In this document: positions 13,711 through 26,300 of the stretch, piece after piece
How positions within the stretch are numbered: the first letter of the stretch is position 1
Layout: each line of letters opens with the position of its first letter
Source of the DNA: Jimgerdemannia flammicorona
Lineage: Eukaryota
Reading direction: 5' to 3'
Assembly: GCA_003990765.1 (NCBI GenBank)
Contig: RBNJ01000181.1
Coordinates: 1 to 37,760, forward strand
Length of the DNA stretch: 37,760 nt
Translations under genes and position numbers: made by a program
The notes under the pieces: model-generated
Told to the model about the DNA's origin: nothing
What the model saw: the letters and a program-made list of their open reading frames with translations, nothing else
The model's database searches: none

Positions 13711-14420
13711 GTAAGTAATATTCTGATACAGGATGATATTGTTGTCCCCTATGCACTTGTTCTAAATCTACCTGTCGTTCACAGTGAAATCCATTGCGTT
13801 GGAATGGCAACTCCGCAGAATTCAAGCCAACGCCAATAGGAAGCTGAAGACTCCGTGTTTTGGAATACACTACTACTCCATCGGAAATGAAGGTCTTCAA
13901 GTCTCGCTGATATCGCGCCACAGCAGGATGCATCATACCGTCGGTTAGCGGTGTTCATATACAACATGTCTGAAAGCAATCATGACAACCTCCCTCAGTT
14001 TTGCAAAGATCAAATTATACCATTTGTACAAGAAAAACAAATGACTTTTATTCTTTGCTTGAACCACTCCGACGATAAGGTTGTGGAGCAATCAAGAACT
14101 GCTTTAGTTCTGACGAACAAAGCGGCGGAAATCCTTCGAACTAGTCTGGAGAAGATGTACTGGATAATCAGAACAGAGGCTCCACATGGTAGGTTTAAAA
14201 TTTCATACCACTATCATTGCATACACCAAATAATTTATATTGTTGTTTTACTAATCCCAACATATATCCTGATAGGGATTGTGCAACCAAATGTGAACTC
14301 AGGTGAGGGAAAATTTCTGTATTAAATAGTGAATGGATGCAATTGATAAGACCTCCTGACTGACCTAGCTGCTTTCAATCCACCTCAGCGTCGAATGAAA
14401 ATATAAACCTTAACAAAACC

Positions 14421-15514
14421 GTGAAGAGGGCTTACCGTCAACGTAACGACAACGTCCGCATGGAAGGATCTTTCATTGGGCGCACAAAGGATCTCGAAAA
14501 TTTGATGAAACTTCTCGAAGGTCCTGAACGTTATATCACCATCAAAGGATTCGGCGGGTTGGGCAAAACGTCGTTAGCACTTCAGGCTTTCAAACACTAC
14601 AACTCCAGCAGTGCCCTTGCGCTATCTCTCGCTGGAGTACCAAGATCAAGCCAAGTGATCCGGAAGATTGCATAGTTTTTCGCTATAGACACTAAAGATC
14701 TAAACGATCAGGACCAGCAATCTCAAGTTCAACAAAATTTGTATGGCGAGGAAAAAAATTTGCTCTATCTCGACAACATTGAAGAGTCAAACTAGGGATG
14801 GAAAGTAGAGAATCTGGGACGAAAGTAGAAGCAAGGACATTGTTAAATTTTTTTCACAGGATTACCAGACAACGTCAAAATTCTCGCAACCTCAAGAATC
14901 GCGTTGGGTTGGCCAAAAGAACATGTGTTCGATCTGGCTAGCTTGGAGCCACATGAAGGCATGCTGGTTTTTCAGCAATGGACCCCTCTGCGCTCGGAAG
15001 CGGGGGGATACAGATGACCACAGCCGAATGGAACTTAGCCGCGTTACCGATGGCCACCCATTGTCGCTTCGGCTTCTTGGCGGTATGGTATGTTCAACAA
15101 CAACGGGGAACCCATCCAAAAATTTGTCGACAAGGTCCGTGAACGGCTTAATGCTGCGGTGAATGAGCAATTCCTTTATGAGCGGCACGAAACGATAAGC
15201 GCTTGTATCAAGTACAGCTTTGATTATTTGGACGATACACTTCAGAAGTTCCTGGGTCAGTTGAGGGAATGGAATGTTCCATTTACATCAACCCTCATCA
15301 TCGGTGCGGCACGACCCTGCTACATCGCCTGTCGCAACCAATTTGCACAAACTTTGGCAAAGAAGCTGGCTAAACCGACGAAAATACGAGGTGGACCCAA
15401 TGCTCGGTGACTGGCGCCCCTACATTATCTCGAATGAAACTGAGTTTTATAGCCTGCATCCACGCCTACACGACTTCCTCAACGACCGGTTTGATAATGT
15501 TGAGGCTACTCTAC
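14421..15514 (+). pseudogene. Second NB-ARC/STAND NTPase module (same gene or an adjacent paralog), disabled and cut at 15515
   Basis: SFIGRTKDL, Walker A KGFGGLGKT, Walker B LLYLDNIEE, KILATSRIALGW, DGHPLSLRLLG, ISACIKYSFDYL, YSLHPRLHDF. In-frame TAG at 14673 and several frameshifts, one caused by a 5-bp GGTAT tandem duplication at 15082-15091. Confidence 0.8.
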
Positions 15515-15730
15515 TGTAACGAAATTACATTCTAACGTCACAAAGGATGACATCATCAAGCTGACATTATTGGATTCATGTCACCAGTAAGGTTACATGC
15601 TAGAAAAATCAAAAATATTAGTGAGATCATAATGATTTTGTACTAATTTCAGTCAATGACATTATAGTAGTCACATTAGTCTCTGCATTAGTTTAGTATA
15701 TATTTACACTAATATTATTATGAATATCAT
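15515..15730 (+). mobile_element. Probable LTR start (TGTAAC...) that truncates the NLR-like gene and is itself interrupted by a LINE
   Basis: Coding-like sequence switches abruptly to AT-rich, CpG-poor DNA at a TGTAAC start. TGAC/GTCA motifs resemble the starts of the other LTRs here. The other end was not found in the window. Confidence 0.45.
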
Positions 15731-18107
15731 TCTTTTCTCTGGTACAATTTAGTTATATAAACTTCTAACAATATTCTCAATATTATTTTTAGAGAAAAGA
15801 TAATAATAACATGGTAACTGATGAGTGATTTGAGGAGTATATAGGGTAGAATGGTTTTAGTATATTTAACTAGTAATATATGAGGAGAAGTCATAGCTTG
15901 GAGAGGAGTCTATTGGGTACTCTCTCTAGTAGATAAGGAGGTGAAAGAGGTGGGTCTAGCAGACAGAGATCTGGGAGAATGAGTTTTGCTGACAAGGTTA
16001 AGATAGAGCATTTAGTAACTGAATTGGAGAGTTGGCTGCAGAAAGATAAGAAGAAGAAGGAGGTTGTAGGATCTGGTAGAGAAATCTATAGTAGTAGTTG
16101 GAAAAAAAAAATACAAATGTAATAGCTAATAGTGAGGCTAGATAGAGGGGAAGAGGGGGGGCATGGTCTAGAGACCTAGCTAATAGTATAATGGACCTAG
16201 TAGTAATACTATTATTCAAGAAATTAGTATTCAAATTTACTATTATATTATACTTCTGGGGCTTAGTAATTATAGTTAAAATAGTTCTAAGACTTCTGGC
16301 TCAGAAGGTAAAAGGAGCAGTATCAGTAAAGTTCTTGAAGGGTCTAAAAAAAGTAGAGGTAAGCTTTGAGAAGAAGGAGTTGATATTGAGAGTATTGGAG
16401 AAGAGAGTGGTGATATATAAGAGAGGTGGTGATATTTATGGCTCAGTGCTTATACTGAGACTTCTAGATGATACAGCTAATAGTGGTGAACATACTTATA
16501 GTGAAAAAGAAGGAGATCAGAGGACTGATTATTGATATTATCAAAGAGTATAGAGATGTAGTAGATATTAGATTCCAGGTCTGAGAAGATACAGAATTCA
16601 GGACTAGAGATATAGATATTAGGATAAAGCTGGTAGGCAAGGAGAATACTGAGAAAGAAAGAATTGATCAGTAGTACTTAAGTGAGTACTAGTAGAGTAT
16701 AAGGTCTTGAGAGTGAAGAGAATACTAAAGGAGGAGGAGGACTTACTGGAGATATTAAAAGACTTGGCTGAAGTAGTAAAGAAGAGATAGCTATCCTAGA
16801 AGAAGTTCAAAGCTAAGATAGTGATAGAGATTGTGAATGGCAAGAGAGTACAACTAGATCAGGTAGCCTGGGAGAGAGTATAAGAGATACAGTATCAGAA
16901 AGATTTATTAATAAATCTGAGCAAGAGGGCAGTAGGAGAGAATACTACTAAAGAGTTAGATTGAGAGCTAGTGCTTGAGCAGAGGAGAAGAAAGTGGCTC
17001 TTACAGTAGTTCTGAGAGAGAATAGAGGCTCTAGGCAGAGTATAGTAGCTAGTACTTTTAAATAAATCAAATCAATTTAAATTGACACAAATTAGAGTTA
17101 ATTTGAATCAAATTGAATTAGGGATTTTTGTATTCAAATTGAATTTAAATCAAATTGAGGTCTAATTTGAATCAATTCAAATCAAATTGAGGGTCTAATT
17201 TAAATTAGTCAAATCAAATTAAATGTCAATTTGAGATTCTTGGTAACTTACTAATTACATTAGTTCTTTATTTGAAAGGTATATCATATATAAACATATA
17301 ATCAAAATTTACATATAACTGAAATTCACATCTAACTGAAATTCACACATAACTGATATATATTTTCAAAATTCTCACTCCTAGTCCTGGTCTCAGCCAT
17401 ATCTGGCCATAGTAGCAGCTATCCAGCAAGTATTATTATATGACCTCTTTCTCAGTAGAAGATCAGAGATCAATAGATTGAGTTATTGACAGATTTTGAC
17501 AAGAGTATGATATGGTTTTCCATATCTTCTACAATTATTGCAGCTTGTACAAGATTAATCTTTAGTTTTTAAAGGTGTAGCAGTAGTGGCTTGGGTGGTG
17601 GTGATAGTAGCTTGGGCTTGAGTGACAGCTTAGACAATAGCTTGGATAGCAGTTTAGACAGTAGCAGCAGCTTGAGCTTGTGCAGCAACAGCTTGGGCTA
17701 GGGTAGTGGCTTGGGCTTAGGTGATAGCTTAGACTTGGGTGGTAGCTTGGGTGATAGTGATAGTAGCTTCAGAGGTCTTAGGAGTAGAGGCTTTAGGGGT
17801 CTCAGGAGTGGAGACTTCAGGGGTAGCCTGAGAGGTGGCTTCAGGAGCTATTCTTGAGATGAATTGCTTGATTGCTTTTTCAATCTTCTTCTTCTTCTTC
17901 TTATATTCATCATCAGTCTTAGATTTATCATCATCCAACCAGATTATAATCTTGTTGATAGCATAGTTTATGTTCTCAAAGGCTCCAGAAAGATGATCAA
18001 TATAGAATTGAAGTTTTTATAAGATGAGGTATTTTTTGTTTTTTGTTTTTTGTTTTATTTTTTATTATTAAAGCCAGCTTATTTATATATATATTTTACC
18101 TATATAA

Positions 18108-18352
18108 TATTCAAAGCTCTCAGCTTATGCTTATTGCTCACAAGATTGCAGACTTATACTTATTGCAATATTCAAAGCTCTTGGCTTACACTTGTTATAA
18201 TATTCAAAGCTCTTGGCTTATACTTATTGCTTGTGAGATTGTAGCATATATTTGCTATAATATTTGAAGCTCTCAGCTTATACTTATTGCTCATGAGATT
18301 GCAGACTTATGGGCTGCAATATTCAAAGCTCTTAGCTTATACTTATTGCTTG
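18108..18352. repeat. Tandem repeat (5 units, ~40-60 bp) inside the hAT element
   Basis: ATT(C/T)(A/G)AAGCTCT..GCTTA recurs at ~18110, 18170, 18202, 18262 and 18321. Confidence 0.85.
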
Positions 18353-19592
18353 TAGGCTTATGGATTAGCAAGCTTATAAGTATAAGTATTTCAGATATAG
18401 TAACTAAGTAGATATAATATATATCCTTAAGCTTTAAATATATTCAAAATTTTATATATTATACTATTTATACTACTTATTATCTATCTCTAGTACTCCT
18501 GGGTAGATATAATGATATCTTACTCATCTCATTGAGACTGGAAATAATAGAAATCATATTCAAATATAACAATCAGATATGTATTCAGAAATTATATTTA
18601 GATATAGTATATCTATAAGTTCTGAGTCATACTTGTATAATATAATATCTAAGTATTATATTTATTTAGTATTTTGAAATTTAACTATATTTCAAGATTT
18701 GAGATTGGCTATTATTATTGGAATACTAGACTGATTGCTATGCCTTTAAACACATATATTCATGAATTGTTTCAGAGTCTAAAGTACCTCTTTTGGGCAT
18801 TACAAGATCTGTACTACTTGAAAAAATCCACTCAATTGGAGAACTTATTGCTGGGATAGCTAAATAGTCATATGCTATTTTTATTAGATTTTGGAAATCT
18901 CTACTATAGCTCTAATGTTTCTAATAAATTAATCAATTAGAAAAACTCAGTGTTTCAAAATAGACCTAATTTGAAAATGAAAATCTAACTTACTTATTAC
19001 TAAAATAATATATCAACTCCTTATTGAAATTTAATAATTTTACTTTTTAAATATACATCTACTTCCTACTCAGAATTTGTTGTCAGTTTTTGTCTTTTGT
19101 TGAAGAATATATATTGATTTAATTTAGCATTGATGTCATCTACTTCAATTGTAGTATCAGCATCATCTACTTCAAAATTTGTATAATAAACTGATCTAGA
19201 TAGAGGGATATAGTTTTTGTTATAGATTATACAAAGTGTGTTTTCAGCCTTTTCAATTCAAATGTCTTCCCAATTATAAGATGAATAATATTCTAGTTTA
19301 ATCCTGGGATCAAGAACTGGTTTTATTCTAAAAAAAAAAAAAAAAATTTGAAATAGATTTATAGTGACCAACTGATCAAGCAAATTTCGAATTTTGAAAT
19401 AGATATATACTGTCTTTAGCACTAAACAAATTTTGAATTACTTACTAGTACCAATATAATAAAGACTATCTGTTATTAAATAGTATATCTTCAACTTATC
19501 AATAGCTACTGTTATTGCCTAGTGAATAGTATCTAGCTCTTCTGTCTTTGCTATATATATTTAAATATCTTTGTCATAATTCTCCAATATAT

Positions 19593-21120
19593 TGTAATAG
19601 TGACCCCAGAATGATGATATCAGCACAGGAGACAGCCTTTCCTTGCAAGCCACCAGATCAGAGCACAAGAAGATCATATGGCATATAAAATGAGTAATGA
19701 TGACCAACTGTGAGTCATTGTGACTACAGTACAAGCATCCTGAAGAATATAAAAGAAGGATCAAGGAACTGCAGTAGCAGTAATCAACAAGACCCACCAA
19801 TCCCAAAATAGCTCAAAGACTTACCACAAACAAAATGTCTGCTGCCTGCCAAACCTCAAGGTCAAGGAACTATCAAGGTATCTCAGTTGAAGAAAGGATG
19901 TTCCAAGACATCAGAAGAGCCATGAGAACCTGCTCAAGAAGGACTCCTAGTGTTAACCTGGGTATTGTAGATCTCTATCACTTTATCCTCTACTGCTGTA
20001 AAATGGAAACAAGGATCACCATTGCTACTGAATACCTCCAAATGTGGCAGGAGTATAAAATAGAAAACCTCTTCTGCCGAGAGTTCCCACAGGCCAGTAC
20101 TCAAGAGCTACAAGATGCCACTCCCATAGATATACGCGAAACAAGGACAACTAAGAATATCTATCAGATCTTCAGATATGCACCATGGTTGATCCCCAAC
20201 TTGGAGTATGTTAGAGTCTCAGATTTCAGAGATCTGTCATCCTGCCACATTAATGCACTAGAAGCCAGAGTGGCTACAGAAGCCCAGTCCACTATCACCC
20301 TCAATAGTGATGAAGTAGAAGACTTCTGGTACCCCATCCTCCAAGACAACCCAGACCAATTCCTGCAAGGATTGATCTCAGTATTCCAAGGCCCAAGCAT
20401 CTAGGTTAGATCTCTCCAAGACCCCACATTTGTCTCCTATTTTGTGAAAGAGAATCTCATAGACTGGAGAGCTCCAGATCTTGTTCCCAATTTCCCCGCC
20501 ACCAAACATGATAATGTCATCAGTAATGATATCATCCTGTATAACATTGAAGCATACAAAAATAATGAATTTGCGGATCTCATCTCCTTTAGTAATGATG
20601 ATGATGATGATGAAGCCCCCATGATCCTGAACTTTCTGTTTTAAGTTCTTTATTACACCAAATAATATCAGCACTGGTATTTTGATGTAATACTAGATAA
20701 TACCAGCACTGGCATTCTGGGTGATGCAAAATTGTTCCAGCACCAGTATTCTGATGTGATACTGAATTATACCAGCATCCTGAACCTGTACAACCATCAG
20801 TGCCAACTCTGGAACTTAGTAGTTTTAGTTATTAAAATTTATATTTAGCTTTATATCTTAGCAACCATTGAATTATATTTTGTATAAATACCCCTCTTAT
20901 TTCCTCTGAAATAAAGTCAGTTCTGGTTTCACTTACATATACTTCCTTGCAAGCAATCTAAGAGATAACAAGACAGTTAAAGATAAGAAGTTTGAGGACT
21001 ATAAGACCTTGGGAAGGCACTCTAATAAGAACTTACTTATAACAAACTTGAGTTAGTCTAAGAGATATACCTTGAAGAAAATCTGGTGTATTTGAAGGAC
21101 TCAGTGACCACTATGTGACA
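19593..21120 (+). mobile_element. Solo-LTR-like element A (1528 bp) nested in the hAT transposase
   Basis: Ends TGTAAT...GTGACA; 4-bp TSD ATAT (19589-19592 / 21121-21124); GTATAAATACCC at ~20882 followed by AATAAA at 20910; second copy of the family starts at 33156. Confidence 0.85.
19835..20644 (+). pseudogene. LTR-internal ORF A (269 codons with one in-frame TAG at 20402; the first 189 aa are uninterrupted), function unknown
   Basis: ORFs 19835..20404 and 20444..20644 are in the same frame. A-rich leader cacaaacaaaATG, TATAAAAG at ~19748, acidic tail DDDDDE. Homologous to the ORFs in the other three LTRs. Confidence 0.75.
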
Positions 21121-21794
21121 ATATTCAGTAAAAAGTTATAAATCAGAATAGCTATATAAATTATTGTATATTTATACTAAGTTGTAAGATCTATTGCTTT
21201 TTGAAAGCTCTTTAAAACAGAAATGATATCTTTTAGTATATGCTAAGTATATTCATCTTCAATGATATATTTTTACAAATCTTTATCAGCTATAACTATT
21301 GAGGTTAAGGGCTATTAATAAAAATCAATTTATTAATAAATATAACATAATATGTATAATAATATAATATAATATAATATAATAATATAAAGCTTATCTC
21401 TGATAATTTCAAGACCCATTTAATTATAAAATATATTGAGTTTCACTGAGTCTTAACATCCAAAATAAGTTTTTTTAGATTGCTGATTCCAAAAGCTTTA
21501 CATTATGCTTTAAATTGCTCAAGATACTGTAGTGATAACTAGATCTTAATAATACTTATCTGGAGCCTTGAAGTTATTTCTCTATCATCATCAGCCTTCA
21601 TATAGACTAAAAAGGCCTGAGTGGCCAGATTAATGATATAAGTCAGATAGTAAACATATTGTATTAGCTGATAGTTGAGGTCAGTATAAAACTCCATTCC
21701 AATTGCTTAAAAAAATGTATTGTTGTTAGATGTATTATCTATTGTTATAGCTAATATCTAGAGTGAAAAATCAATAATTCAAAATATAAGATAA

Positions 21795-21955
21795 ACCTTT
21801 TTCAAAAATCCCAACTTTTTTAAAAATTCTAACCTTTTTTGAAAATCTCAATCTTTTTTGAAAATCCTGACCTTTTTTAAAAATCTTAGTTCTGACAATT
21901 TTTAAAAATCTTAACCTTTTTTTAAAAATCCTGACCTTTTTTAAAAATCTGACCT
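21795..21955. repeat. Tandem repeat of ~20-bp CCTTTTTT(A/G)AAAATC units (~7-8 copies) within the hAT transposase region, possibly intronic
   Basis: Read directly from the sequence. Confidence 0.8.
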
Positions 21956-23357
21956 AAAGACTTACTCTCTATATATCTTTGTCTATATACCAAAATCTTG
22001 AACATATCTTCCAAAGATATCAGCAAGATTTTCACCTGAATGAGATCCTGATAGCTTGATAAAATCAATCAACATGCAGTTGAGTTGCTAATTCTGATAG
22101 ATCCAATGTGCATTAATTCTAAAAAATATATATATATTTGGTGATATCTATATATCAATAGTGAAAGATATTTGATTTGGTATATTTTATTTTCAAATAA
22201 ATTAAATTGAAATAAGATTAATTCAAATAGACATTCAATGTGAAAATATTCAATATTAAAATATTAGATCTTACCTATAGCATAATTTTGATAGTATTAT
22301 AGTTTTGTTTAAAGATCAGTTTAATTTCATTTCATATAGTTCTAGCAGAAGGAATTATAATGTCTGATTTCAGAAGGCAAAAGAGATCTTTTAGCTCCAA
22401 ATTCTCAATAACTATAAAAGGCTAGCTATTACAGATTATCTAGTGAATAAGCTTTTCTTGAAATAATAGTATGGAGAATTTTGGCTATTTTGAATAATAT
22501 AAAGTAGTAATAAATTAATAAAAAAAAACCCAAAAAAAAAAAAGCAGACAAGTTATATAAAAACATACTTATAAAAAAAATAACTCTATTTCTCCTCTTC
22601 CTTGATGACTCTTATGATATTTGTTGAAATATACCCACAAATTCATTATTGAAGCACTAATAGTCTTATATAATACTTTACACTAGTTATATTTGATTCA
22701 GACATCTCTATTTTCTTTATAAACTCCTTCTAAATACCAGAGTATTCTTGTGCTTTTTATTTTTCTTTCTCAGACTGTGATGAGACTGCACTTATAACTA
22801 TACTTGTTGAAGCTATATCTAATATTGAGACTGTTATCATAGTATTCTCTATAGATAGTGGTGTAAAAAGTATATTGAACATACTTGATTACTTTGAGAG
22901 AGTATGTATTGTTGTAAGTTAAACTGCATATGTGAATTACTATATTTAGATTTAAATCAAATTGATTCAATTCAATTTGATTTAAATTGTGACTTAATTC
23001 AAATTGTGACTTGATTTAATTTAAATTGAATCAAATTGATACTTAATTTGAATTGAATTGAATTAAATTAATACTCAATTTGATTTGATTTATTGAGAGC
23101 ACTAGTAGTAGCTGAGGATATAGTGATGGTAGAGGAGGCTTATGTGTAGTACATATAATATACAAAAGAGAAGAGATCTGATGAGTTGCAGGATGTGCTG
23201 AAGGAGAACTAAGATGAACTTAAATTCTAAACCTCTTACTTAGGAAGATAGAATTAGAGTAACTGAATAAGATACTACAGGAGACTAATTAAAATATCTA
23301 CATATCTCTGAAGTAAGAGAACTTATATATCTTCTAAAAGATATTTCCTAAGCCCTT

Positions 23358-26300
23358 CACTAAAAAAAATTTATTGGTTCAGTTTTGGAATAAAATTATT
23401 TATAAATATTCTTTATTTAATAGATAGACAATAAATTGAGATATATATTTAAAACTTATTATAGTTATTCTTTTAACATTTCTCTATAATCTCATATAAT
23501 TTATTTTTTAAAATCTTATTTATTTTATCTTTTAAAAAAATAATAAAAAAACATTTTTTAAATATATAAATATATATAATATATTATTAATATACTGAAT
23601 TCAAATATTAAAGTAATAATATTTTATCCAAAGAAGGCTATTTAAGTATACTTTTAACTCATAATAAATTATAATTTATTTATTAAATAGATTATTGAAG
23701 ATATCTTTCTCTGGTATAATTCAGATTATACAAACTTTTAACAATACTTTTGATATCATTTTTGAAGAAAAGGTGATAATAATATGATAACTAATAAGTG
23801 TTCTGAGGAGCATATGGGGCAGAGCAGCTCCAGTGCATTTGACTGGCAGTATGTGGAGAGGAGTTATGGATTGGGGGGGAGTCTGTTAAATACTCTTGCT
23901 AGTAAATAAGAAGGTAAACAAGGGGGGACCAGCAGGCAGAGATCTAGGAGAATGAGCTTTGCTAACAAGGTCAGAATAAGGAGAAGGAGTAGGCTATAGA
24001 GCCTAATATGGAAGCCCATAGTGACAGTAGTGGTAGGACTGGGGGAGTAGAGGCTAGGGAGAGTGGAACTGCTGATAGAGGGGAGACTGCTAATCTGGAA
24101 AAAAATCTAGATATAATGGCTGATGGTGAGACTAGACTAGAGAGAAACACAAGGCCTGGAGACCTGGCTAATAGTATAATGGGTTTAGTAATAATATTAT
24201 TACTCAAGAAGTTAATATCTGAATTCACTATTGCATTGTACTTCTAAGACTTAGTAGTTATAATAAAAATGGTTCTAGGTCTTCTGGCTCAAGAGGTGAA
24301 AGGAGTAGCTTTGGTGAAGTTTTTAAAGGGACTAGAAAGAGTAGAGGTGGGCTTTGAGGAGGAGGAGTTGATATTGGAAGTATTGAAGAAAGGAGTAGTA
24401 GTAGGAGAGGTAGTAATTTCTATAGCTCAGTATCTATACTAGGACCCCAGAGTGATACAACTGGTGGTGGTAAATATATCTACAGTGAAGAAGGAAGTGG
24501 CCAGAGAGCTGATTATGGATATTATTAAGAAGTATAGTAATGTGGTAGATGTTGGTTTCTGAGTCTGAGAAGAGACAGAATTTCAGACTAGTAATATAAA
24601 TATTCAGATTAGATTAGTAGACAAAGAGAATAATGAGAAAGAACAGGATTAACTGGTAATACTGAAGTGAGAATCAGTGGAGTATAAGGTCTTGAGGGTG
24701 AAGGGGACACCAGAAGAGAAAAAAGACTTACTAGAGATATTGAAGGATCTGGCTAGAGCTATAGAGAAGAAGAGGCTAGCCTAGAGAGAGTTTAAGGCTA
24801 GGATGGTAGTTGAAATAGTGAATAGCAGAAGAGTGCAACTAGATAAGACTGCATGGGAGAGGGCATAAGGGAGATAATATCAGAAGGACCTGTTGGTAAA
24901 TCTGGGAGAGAGAGTAGAGGACAATGTTACTATAGTTAGTAATAGATCAAGAACTAGTGTTTAGATAGAAGAAAAGAGGAGAACTCCCACAGAGGCCCTG
25001 GAGGAGGGAGAAAGCTCTAAGCAGAGTACAGTAGCTGAAGATATAATAATAATAGAGGAGGTCCAAGTACAATATGGGGTGCTCATAGGAGAAGAGGGGA
25101 CTGATGAGCTATAGGATATACTGAAGGAAGACTGGGATGAGTCAGTGAGGATGAATGCAGAAAGGGGTCTGAGGGCAGGGGGGCAGGAGGTGGCCCTAAG
25201 TATCAATAAGGCTATAGGAGAGGAGAAGTGACTATAGAAGACATTAATGAATATTGTAACAGATAAGTTGAGTAAGATGGATTTTAGAGTGATTAGTGAG
25301 CAATACTGGGGTGAAATCCTGCAAAGAGAGGAGATAGTACAGAAGTTTATAATGAACTATTAGTAGGTCTGTTGGAGGTAGAGAAATATAAGATAGATGA
25401 CACCAGAAAGATAGTACTTCTAACCATTGTAAATGAGTGGGTAGCATATCTATAGAGACCTAGGAAGGGGTTGAAGAAGTGGCAAGTGGTATATAAGGAC
25501 TACTGATCTGATATGGAGGCAGTAGATAATACAGACTGTTGGGAGATCTTAGAAGTACTGGATACTCAGCAGGGAGAGGCAGATGAGCTTAAGGCTAAGT
25601 GAATGTTGTTGGCAATATAGTAAGTATAGAATTGTAGAATAGGTACATACTCTCTAAACATTATTCAATATAAATAGTATAACTAGAATCTTTTTTTTAA
25701 ATATCAATAGTTTGAGAGATATGATGAGGTATCAGAATATCTTCAGCTAGTTGAAGGCTTTGGATGTAGATCTGTTCTTATTGTAGGATATAGGCTATAA
25801 TACTAGCTTAGATATGTAGGATTGGATGAGAGAATGGAGAGGTGTGGTAGTATGGTAGAATTGGGTGGACATTCTGGTTAGGAAGAGTAAGAGGGATATT
25901 GTAGACATTGGACATTAGGGGAACAGAGTGGTATAGAGGAGACTGGGCTGGAACTTCTTGACTATTGGGTCATATTATTGTCTAGTAGAAAGGGAGAAGT
26001 ATATAGAGTAGATAAGGGGACTAAAAGATGCAGAGATTATAGTAGCTGAGAGAATTGACTATTTGGGGGCAACTTTAACATAATATGTGATAGACTACTG
26101 GACAGGACAGATAGAGGGAGGGAGATGATAGGTAAGAGTGGAGAGATAGAAGACTGGAAGAAGATTGAGAGATTGAGCTAACTAGTAGATACAGGGCAAC
26201 TTGGATAAGGAGATTATTGTATCTATACTCACTAGATAGTAGGGCTGGGATTGAGAATTGACTAGATATTAACTACTGAGTATTGGGAAGCAGATATCTG

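Larger units (their letters stand above)
17050..23104 (-). mobile_element. hAT-superfamily DNA transposon (6055 bp including a nested LTR), transposase degenerate
   Basis: TIRs TAGTACTTTTAAATAAATCAAATCAA / reverse complement of the right end TAGTGCTCTCAATAAATCAAATCAA. 8-bp TSD ATAGTAGC (17042-17049) / GTAGTAGC (23105-23112). Subterminal AAATCAAATTGA arrays at both ends. Minus-strand remnants: ISFTID.(W).SPN, INAHWI, DFIKLSGSHSGENLA (~22025-22170), VLDPRIKLEYY (~19290-19320) and the dimerisation domain IAYDYLAIPAISSPIEWIFSS..KRGTLDSETIHEYMCLKA (~18740-18900). Confidence 0.93.
15731..23218 (+). mobile_element. LINE copy 1 (5' end and ORF1 part only: 15731-17049 plus 23105-23218), split by the hAT insertion
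   Basis: Colinear with 23704-25140 of LINE copy 2 (e.g. tcttttctctggtacaat vs tctttctctggtataat). The similarity resumes right after the hAT element (gtagctgaggata vs gtagctgaagata) and stops near 23218. Confidence 0.85.

Noticed and set aside
13711..14420. Exact exon structure of the linker between the two NTPase modules
   Set aside because: GT donors (13711, 14189) and AG acceptors exist, but I could not derive a unique frame-consistent model, so it is left unannotated.
19593..21120. Ginger-type DNA transposon interpretation of element A (TG..CA ends, 4-bp TSD)
   Set aside because: No long TIRs and no integrase. The layout (ORF, TATA box, AATAAA) mirrors unit D, which is followed by a primer-binding site and gag, favouring a solo LTR.
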